The position numbers and the translations under genes are program-made. This document shows positions 53,075-64,000 of a stretch of DNA of 64,000 bases, in pieces. The stretch lies in NCBI RefSeq assembly GCF_009914755.1, contig NC_060931.1. One strand, written 5' to 3'. This stretch comes from the human T2T-CHM13v2.0 reference genome, Homo sapiens. The notes beneath the pieces are model-generated. The model ran no database searches, was not told the origin of the DNA, and saw nothing but the letters and a program-made list of their open reading frames with translations. Every line of letters starts with the position of its first letter. The stretch's first letter is position 1.

Positions 53075-53510
53075 AAATCCATTTTAGTGTGCTTTGTACT
53101 CCTAACCCACAACCACAACTCCTCTCTATCCCCAGCCTCTTCTCCCTGCCTCTGCCCTTGTGGTCTTAACTGAAACTGCTCTTTCCAAGAGAGTTGTTTC
53201 CACCCCAGACTTTCAAGTCATGGTTGTCTTTATTTCTTCAATTCATATTCCTCAGGGAAGATGATAAGGTTGGACCATCCTTTATTCACCTTTGCTGCTT
53301 CCAGGTCATTACAGACTTGTCTTTTTCTCCAATATCCTGCCTTTGAAACTGTCTTAACATTCAACTCTACATCCTCTTTCTTTCATCCTTGTTCCCGTAT
53401 CTGCCATCAGTTGCCTTCATTCATTGGAGGTTCTGGCTCTGGTACCTAGGCTTGCTCTCAATCCCAAATGATGCTGTTATTTCGGATGAATTCTACATCT
53501 CATTCTCATG
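53075..53510 (+). mobile_element. L2 ORF2 endonuclease region (extreme 5' end of the usual L2 consensus)
   Basis: Collinear with remembered L2 consensus: cagcctcttctc, tcttaactgaaac (LTET motif), ttcaagtcatggttgtc, ttgctgcttccaggtcatt, cctttgaaact, ccttcattcattggag, GDFNIH-like gatgaattctacatc. Confidence 0.65.
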
Positions 53511-54661
53511 ATCACAGCTAGAATCTTCAATACTGTGTTTAGTTTCTTGTAATACATTCTGTAAAATACTTTTGGCTTAATGTATTGTTTTTAGTAAGAG
53601 ATTGTTTACATTGCATTGCATTTTCCTTTAAGTTATTTCATTTTTCCCTTAGAATAAATATAAAGAGTTATGTCACATGCTTCAGTGATGTGAGCATTGT
53701 TGTCGAGGAGTGACAAGTAACTAAAAATATGTAGAAGGGATGGATATTTCTCACTTCTCATAATGCATGTTTCCTTATGGAAGTGGCTTGCCAGGCAGCC
53801 TTTCAAGGTACCAAAATTAATATAAATGTGTACAGGAATCTTTTGCAATAAAACTAGTTATGACTTGTTCCAAGTATATTTTAAAACTGAGGCTGTTAAG
53901 TTTTACCACACTTTACTGTGACAGAATGTGAACTTTTCCAAGTGTGAAAATATAGGTATTAAATAGGGTAACTTGTATTTTCCTCAGTAATAAAAAAGCA
54001 CATCTAGCTATTATCAGACAAGGTATGTGCAGTTATAATAGCTGTTTTATATATTATGGTGTTAAAAATTTTAATTAAATATTTTATATTCAAAATGAAT
54101 CTTTATTTCTAGGATTTTTATGGTAATTACCCACATCACAATAACAATATTTACTACAGTTTTCATTGCAAAGGTCCTGTATTTCAGTTAGACAATTAGT
54201 TAGATAGACGTTTGTGGATGGCATAAAGACAATTATCACATGTAATATTATATGTATAAAATTATATCTCAAATGCCACCAGTCAATTTACCAGCATAAT
54301 TTTGGAACATAAAACATTTTTAAGTTGGAAGGCCATCTGGATGCTATTATTAAAACTATGTTCCTAAGAGTAGGAGTAAAGAATTATGTGGATAAATTAT
54401 TCCATTAGTAAATCTGATAGGCTGAGTTCCAAATATGTACAAACTACTGATGCTTCAGTTTTCAGAATAATTGCACTCAAGTGAAAACTTTTATTGTCGT
54501 GGAGGAAATATTGAGTATTCTTTCTTTTGATGTGATACAAAAAATGGTCCTATACTTTCTTTTTCCTTTTATTATTTTTACCAAGCAACTTTATAAATGT
54601 AGCATTTTACCAAGATGACACTCAGGAGAAAAAGACAGACATTTGTAATAGGGAAAAGGGA

Positions 54662-55075
54662 TGTGGCATAGGTAGCTAACAGGACACCAAAATGTGTACT
54701 CCTTCTTCCATTGTATTGGATTGTTTCTGGGGAGTGCCTGGCCAGTCATCGACTGTTCTGACTAGATGTAGTGTGGTTATTTGACTGGTTTTCAACCTAT
54801 ATAATGTGAACAAGATGATAAATGTCATAAAAGTGTTTTACAGAATTAATGTGTGTGCACTTTTCCCTAGAAACTCTTACCTCCTGTTGCTGATTCTATT
54901 ATTTATGATGAAGAGACATCAGGGGATGCAAAGCTATAGGATGGAAGACATAGGGGTTCCTGAATCACTCCATGGAAGAAAATTGCCATTCAACCAGGAA
55001 CTACCTCAGACTACTATGTGAGTGGGAAATAAAATTGTATACTCAGTGCATATACTTTGAATTATTTTCCTACAA
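54662..55075 (+). mobile_element. Old MLT1 (H/I/J-like) LTR
   Basis: gatggaagacataggggttcctgaatcactccatggaag...cagactactatgtgagtgggaaataaa. Confidence 0.6.
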
Positions 55076-55689
55076 GTGGTGGATACGTATCGTATAACTG
55101 GTTAGTCAGCCCCTCTGACTAAGGAACAAGTGAAAACTGAGAAGGATGACAGATGATTTCCATGGCTATGGCAGAAAAATGAAATTACAGTATCCTCAGA
55201 TGGATTGTAACGATTGACCTTGTGCACATTAATACGATGTTCTAACAAAGTGTCTAGTCTATCAAATATAATCCCAAGCCATTAAATTTATTCCTAGGTT
55301 CAGTGACCTCGGTCTTTGGTTAGGGAAAGAAAGCACCAAGCTAGGCTTTTTATTAAATTTTCAAGGAAGAATCATTTCAGGTACTTCATATAGCCTTCAG
55401 TACCAGAGGGAGTTTATAGGAAAGGAAGTCTATATAACAGCATTTCCAAAAGGAAGTTGGGCTGTCAAGTTAATAGCCTAAAATTCCTATGTCAGCAGCT
55501 TTGCACTTGTGCCTGATGTACAACTTTCTCTTTTGACCTCTTTCCCTCAGCTAGTTCAAATCTGACACTGCCTGTAACCAACTTCTTTGTCTCTGGAAAC
55601 AACTATTGCCAATCTCTGAATATCTAAGAAAAAAAATAACTACAAATTTGTCTTCATTTAAATATAGTGTTTATATATATACATTTTTA

Positions 55690-57091
55690 TTTTTGCCATT
55701 ATGCTGTGTTTCTACTACATAAAATATAGTTACAGTTTTAAATTGCAGTTTTCTATGATTAAAGAAGCTGAATTGCTTTTCCTATAATTATTGAGCATTT
55801 GAGTATCTTCTTCTGAAAGTGATCAAATTTTTTGCCCATTTTCTATTGAGTCATTTATCTTTTTTCTTATCAACTTTAGCTCCTCCATTACATATTATGG
55901 ATACAAGTTTCTTGCATGTATAATGCAAATATCTTCCACTTCTTTTACTGTGTGGCTTGCCATCTTTTTATAGTTTTTGTCTTGAAATCTATTTTGTCTG
56001 ATAAACGTATAGCTACCCTTGTTCCTTTTTGGTTCCAGTTTGCATGGAATGTATTTTACCATTCCTTTATTTTCAGTCTATGCATCTTTATGGTGAAGTG
56101 TGTTTCTTGTGGGCAACAGATCATTGGGTCTTGTAGTTTTTTATTATTTTTTATGATTTTTGAATCGATTCTGTCACTCTGTCTTTTGATTGAAGATTTT
56201 AGCCTATTTACATTCAATGTTACTTTATTGATAAGTAAGGACTTACTCTTGCCATTTTGTTATTTGTTTTCTGATTGTTTTGTGGTCTTCTCTTCCTTCC
56301 TTCCTGACTTCCTTTCAGTGGAGGTGATTTTTCTCTGTTGGTATGTTTTAATTTTTTGCTAATTTTTCATTGTTTATCTGTTGTATGCTTTTTGATTTGA
56401 GGTTGCCACGAGGCTTGCAAATATCATCTTATTTTTTTAGACTGATGACAGCTATTATTTTAAACTCATGACAATGTAATGCTTATTACATAAACAAACT
56501 AATAAGCAAAGAGAAAACTATTAAAAACTCTAAACTTTAACTTCATCCCCCCACTTTTGAGGTTTTTGTTGTTTCCATGTATATCTTAGTGTATTGTCTA
56601 TGTCTTGAAAAGTTGTTGTAGTTGTTATTTTTAATCTTCATTTCTTAGTCTTTTTACTCAAGATGGGTAGTTTACACATGACAATTACAGTATTATAATA
56701 GTCTGTGTTTTTCTGTGTACTTAATAATACCGGTAAGTTTTGCACTTTCAGATTATTTTTTCCTTACTCTCCTAGCATATTTTTTTTGATAATCAAATTC
56801 TCTCAGCTACATATGTTGAAAAAGAATTTCCACAACCCTCCATTGTGACCATTATCATGAATCAGATGAACATATATGACGGGGTCTGTTTCTCAATTCT
56901 ATTCCATTCCATTGGGCTATTTTTCCATCCTTGTATCAATACCTGCTGCTTTGTTACTGCATAATTTGATAGCAAACCTCAATACTTGGTAGTATATGTC
57001 TTCCAACTTAATTTTTTTCTCCAGACTGTCTTCGCTCTTCTTGGTCCTGTATAATTCCATAAAAATTTTAGAGTCAGCTTGCCAGTTTTCG

Positions 57092-57125
<34 letters not shown>

Positions 57126-58190
57126 CCCTACTGGGATTTTGATTAGGATTGCATTAATGTATAGCTCAATCTCGGTATTTGATATCTTTATAAAATTGAA
57201 TCTTCTGATCCATGAATTTTTATATACTTCCATTTACTTAAGTCCTCTTTAATTCGTTTCTCTACTATTTTGTAGTTTTCGATGTAGAGGTCATTTATTT
57301 TGTTAGATATATTTTTAGTTATTTGATATTTATGCTGTTGTAAATTTTATATTTTTATTTTTATGTATTCATTCCTTCTATATAGAAATGTAATTTTGTA
57401 TATTGATCTTATATTCAGTGAACTTGTTAAACTTATTGATTCTAATAGTTTATCTGTAATTTCTTTTGGAATATCTTTACACAGAATTTATGTCATCTGC
57501 AAATATTGAATCTTACCTTTTCTTTCTAAACTTTATGTCTTTTTTCTTTTTATTGTCTTGCACTAGATAGGAATATCAGTACAATATTGAATAACAGAAA
57601 TTATTTTCAGTATGAAAAACAACTAGGCATCTTTGCTTTTTTCCCAAATCCAGGAAGAAAACTTTTAGCAATTCACTGTTAAGTGTATCTGCTGCATTTT
57701 ATAAAGCACTTATTACCAGATTAGATAAATTCTCTTATATGCTTAGTTTGCTAATAATGCATTTTAAGTTATAAATGGATATTAATTTAAGTGAAGTTTA
57801 GTTAATTTAAGAAAAATTTGCCTTTTTATACTTTTTCAGTCTTCCTGTCAATAAGTGTGTCTTTTATTAAAATCTTGTTCTCAGTCTTTCAGTGGAATCC
57901 TGTAATTTTCTTAAAAAAGGTACTTTTTTTTTAGTTAGAATTGTTCTAAAGAATGTAATGGTTCCATTATAAAGAGGGTATTTTTTAACCCATCACACTT
58001 TCTAACAGGTTATTGATAGGATATAAGAGAGATGTTGATTTTTTTCATTTAAAATGCATCTGGTCATTGTATTCCTTATTAATGTAAGAAGCATTTACTT
58101 GATGTCTGTTGATATTCTAGGAATATGATAGTTGAAAAAAGAAAGATTATTTTTCCTCTTCCTTTTGAAGAAGTAGAATTCTTGATTCTG
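55690..58190 (-). mobile_element. Old L1M ORF2 remnant with a nested L1M(A) endonuclease-region fragment (about 55960-56770)
   Basis: T-rich plus strand; ORFs 56979-57233 and 56917-57123 resemble L1 ORF2 (NAILIKIP, KLTLKFLWN); attttgtctgata..tatagctac EN-region signature. Confidence 0.75.
57094..57124. repeat. (AC)15 microsatellite
   Basis: Perfect run inside the L1. Confidence 0.95.
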
Positions 58191-58199
58191 TATAATGTC

Positions 58200-58682
58200 C
58201 ATATTAGACAGGGTTCTCCAAATACCAATTTCCTATTGATATATGTATATATTATGGAAATTGGCTCACACAATTATAGAGGCTGAGAATTTCCATGATC
58301 TGCCACCTGCAGGCTGGGGAATCAGAAAAGCCAGGGGCATAATTCAAAGTCCAAAGACCTGAGTACCAGGGGAGCCAATGATATAAGTTCTGGTCCGATT
58401 CCAAAGGCCTGATGTCCCAGAGCAGAAAAAAATCAGACGCCCCAGCTCAAGAAGAGAGACGGGATTTTCCCTTCCTGTACCTTTTTGTTCTATTCAGGCC
58501 ATCAATGGATTGGATGATGCCCACCCACACTGGTGGAGGGGTGGTCTTCTTTACTCAGTCTACCTATTCAAATGCTAATCTCTTCTGGAAACAAACTCAT
58601 AAAGATACCCAGAAATAATGCTTCATTGGCTATAAGGCATCCCTTTGCCCAGTTAAGTTGACACAAAAAACTTAATCCTCAG
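58200..58682 (-). mobile_element. MLT2 (ERVL) solo LTR
   Basis: cagggttctcca...aattggctcacacaattatagaggctgag...gattggatgatgcccacccacac...cccagttaagttgacaca. Confidence 0.85.
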
Positions 58683-58745
58683 GACATACTGCATTGGCTT
58701 TGAATTTCTGGGTAAATTCTAAATAAAACTAAGGAATAAACATTC

Positions 58746-59022
58746 TTTTATTATTATTATTATACTTTAAGTTTGGGTATACATGTGCAGAACATGCAGG
58801 TTTGTTACACAGGTATACACCTGCCATGGTGGTTTGCTGCACCCATCAACCCATCATCTACATTAAGTATTTCCCCTAATGCTATCCCTCTCCTAGCCCC
58901 CCACCCCCCGACAGGCTTCAGTGTGTGATGTTCCCCTCCCTGTGCCCATATGTTCTCTTTGTTCAACTCCCACTTATGAGTGAGAACATGCGGTGTTTGG
59001 TTTTCTGTTCCTGTGTTAGTTT
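58746..59022 (-). mobile_element. L1PA7/8-like 3' end
   Basis: ttatactttaagtt...acatgtgcagaacatgcaggtttgttac...cccacttatgagtgagaacatgcggtgtttgg. Confidence 0.88.
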
Positions 59023-60039
59023 ATTTCGTTGCTGAGTCTTCAAGAATGCCTCTAGAATCTTATCATTATGAATGGCTTTAATTCTTTAAGACAAATTTTC
59101 TTCATTAGCAAATGAGAGCATTTTTCTATTACTAGTTTTCACAGCAATTTCTTTTCTTTTAAAAAAGAACAGATATCGAAGGCTTCATGCTTTTTTCATA
59201 TTCCATTTATAGTATCTTAAGGCTTTTATGATTAGACAAAATAACTAGATTTCCTTGTATATTTAATATATTCTCATTGTGACAGTATTTTAATTCTATT
59301 GAATTGTTGCTTCCACTATTTTATTTACTCTTTTACATCTGTATTTATAAGTATAGTTAGTCTAGTTCCTTTTAAACAAAGTGTATACTCTTAATAATGC
59401 ATTACTACAATAACTAACATGTTATGAATTACTATGTGTGCTTAAAACAAAATACTTAGTGTTTATCTCAGCAAAGGGCAGAAAAAATTAAAATGTATTC
59501 TGAAAACAAAATCAAATATGTTTAAGAATTTTTTAAAATTCCATTGCATACAAATATTCAGGCAAAGGCAGGGGCTTTATAAACATGTCAAAGAATGAGG
59601 TCAATATATTTGGTTGTGATACTCAATAAACTTCCATTTACCATTCTCAGAACATATCCATGTGGAAATTGGTCTCATGGAAAAATTTTTTAAATCATTT
59701 TCCAGCCATAGATATAGTGGCAAATGATTTAATATAATCAAACTTCAATTTCCTCATCTATAAACCTTTTATAACGATATCATCTCTAATTGTCTCACTA
59801 GATAACTATAAAAATAAATAAGATAATGCATATGAAATTGCCTCATAAACCATGAAGCCCATAAAGCACTGTAGGACACTTTGAATATCTGGTGTTGACC
59901 ATAAAATTTCAATATCTGCCCTTATTGCTTGCCTACAATCCCAGAGAGACAACTGGTGCAAAAAGAATTGAAATGCTGAATAACAAGAAAAAGACAGTGT
60001 ACCATTGACATAATATTGAAGGTTTTGTATCCAGCTAAA

Positions 60040-61178
60040 TCTCTGTCTCTCTCCCCTACTATTCTTTTTGATATCAACATGTACATTGATAGTCCACCCA
60101 ATTCCTTGGCCTTTCAATCCTTTTCATTTCTCACTTGCAATAATCATTTTCTCTCATTTGTCTTAAGAATAATTGCACACTTGCCAATGTCTTAACTTCA
60201 AACATCCTGAGCTCTGACCACTACCCTACTTTTTCAAGCCTATTTCTTCTCTTACCCACATCAACAATTCTTCAATCCTACAATTTCCTGTGATACTCCA
60301 GGATATAAGCCCTCTCATATTCATCTATTCCTTCATTATCTGTCTTGCATTTCATTGCCATTAAAAGCATTGCTTTGAAAAATTCTTCACTTCTTTGTTC
60401 CTTTCTCCTGCCATTGTCTGTGTCCAAAAAAGAAAGTTCCAACCTGCTAAAATCTAACTCACTGATACTTCTATTGCAAAAGTGCTAAAAGCTACCAGAA
60501 TGCTGAAAGTTAGCTTATTGTCAATTAGACTCATTTTAAATGGTTAACGATAAGCCTCAAGTGAATCTCAGGCAGCATGCTATACTATTAGATTGTCCTC
60601 TTCAATCCTACCTTTCAAGAACATGACTAATTCATGTATCTTTCCTAAAAACTGCAATACCCCCTCTTCTCTTAACTTTTATTTGATAAAATAGTTCTTA
60701 TCTCACAAAGAAAATAGAAAAGACAATTGGAGAACTTCACAAACTTCTATACAACTTCCAACAATCTACTGACTCCTTTAATCTTTGTTTCAGCATTTAT
60801 TGTTGTTAGTATATAAGACCAACACCCACTTGTGCATAAGTTCCCATCTCCTTCACCTAATAAAGGACACACTTGGAACTTGTTTTCCTCACATACCTAC
60901 ATTTTCAATTTTACCAGAGAATAATCCAGTAGATGGCTATCACATTCTATCTTATGAAAAGTCTTCTGAGATTCTCTAACAAATATTTTAAAAATCAACT
61001 TTCACCATTCTACAGTAAAATTCAGTGAAACTATTATCTGTATTTGCTGAATCCACTTGCCTTCCTTTCATTCTTTACTGAACCTACTCCAATTAGGCTT
61101 TCCCCTCACTCTTTTATGAAAACTGCTTTTGTCAAGTTAACCCCCATGTTGTCAAATCAAAATGACCATTTCTCCATC
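60040..61178 (+). mobile_element. L2 ORF2 fragment
   Basis: ccttggcctttcaatcc, ctctgaccactacc, aaagaaaatagaa, aactgcttttgtcaagtt...gtcaaatcaaaatg; interrupted by THE1. Confidence 0.65.
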
Positions 61179-61553
61179 TGATATGGTTTGGCTATGTCCC
61201 CACCCAAATATCATTTTGAACTGTAGCTCCCACAATCCCCACATCTCATGGGAGGGACTCAGTGGGAGGGAATTGAATCATGAGGGTGGTTACCTCCAGG
61301 CCATTCTTGTGATAGTGAGTTCTCATGAGACCTGATGGTTTAATAAGGGGCTTCCCCTCACTCCTTTGCTCTGCACTTCTTCGTCCTACTGCCATGTGAA
61401 GAAGGATGTGTTTATTTCTCCTTCTGCCATGATTCTAAGTTTCCCGAGGCCCTCCCAGCCATACTGAACTGTGTGTCAATTAAACCTCTTCCATTTATAA
61501 ATTACCTAGTCTCGCGTATGTCTTCATTAGCAGTGTAAGAAAGGACTAATACA
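61179..61553 (+). mobile_element. THE1 (THE1C-like) 5' LTR, 375 bp
   Basis: tgatatggtttggctatgtccccacccaaat...caattaaacctctt...gactaataca; TG...CA ends. Confidence 0.92.
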
Positions 61554-61928
61554 GTAAATTGGTACTGGTAGAGTGTGGTACTGCTAATAAGATACCAGAA
61601 AATGTGGAAACAACTGTGGAACTGTGGAACTGGGAACAGGCAGAGGTTGGAAGAGTTTGGAAGTCTCGGAAGAAGACAGGACGATGTGGGAAACTTTGGA
61701 GCTTCCTAGAGACTTTTTGAATGGTTTTGACCAAAATGCTGACAGTAATATCAACAATGAATCCAGGCTGAGGTAGTCTCAGATGGAAATAAGAAACTTA
61801 TTATGAACTGGAGCAAAGGTGATTCTTGCCACACTCTAGTAAATAGACTGGTGGCATTTTGCCCCTGCCTTAGAGATCTGTGGAACTTTTGACCTTGAGA
61901 GAGATGATTTATCTGGCAGAAGAATTTC
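61554..61928 (+). mobile_element. THE1 internal sequence, cut by L1 insertion
   Basis: gtaaattggtac...gaactgggaacaggcagaggttggaagagtttgga...tctggcagaagaatttct. Confidence 0.88.

Positions 61929-64000
<2,072 letters not shown>

Noticed and set aside
53075-61178. L2 pieces at 53.1-53.5 kb and 60.0-61.2 kb as one split element
   Set aside because: Both appear to contain the same GDFNIH-coding segment, so they overlap on the consensus and are more likely separate copies.

Overview
AT-rich, repeat-dense primate genomic DNA, most likely human (AluY, L1PA3-like L1, THE1 LTR, human-type mGluR8b tail). The only recognisable host gene is the 3' end of GRM8 (metabotropic glutamate receptor 8) on the minus strand. 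The penultimate coding exon (38084-37838) encodes TM7 and the proximal C-tail and has two alternative 5' splice donors 55 nt apart, giving mGluR8a and mGluR8b. A ~7 kb last intron follows, then the terminal exon (from 30865, 8a stop at 30816-30818) and a 3' UTR ending near 30295. Positions 38085-64000 are intronic, with no further GRM8 exon recognised; 1-30290 is downstream flank. The rest is interspersed repeats: four Alus, near full-length Tigger1 and Tigger3b, MER3/5/91, MLT1/MLT2/THE1, L1s of several ages, L2 and MIR. I found no convincing new multi-gene system. The best leads are: (i) ~2 kb directly upstream of the extreme 5' end of an L2 ORF2 with LINE-ORF1-like motif remnants, possibly a rarely preserved L2 5' region; (ii) a 100-bp hairpin inserted inside an MLT1 LTR; (iii) two short non-tandem local duplications; (iv) candidate post-transcriptional motifs around the 8a/8b switch and 3' UTR. 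Repeat subfamily calls and boundaries are by eye from remembered consensus sequences and are approximate.
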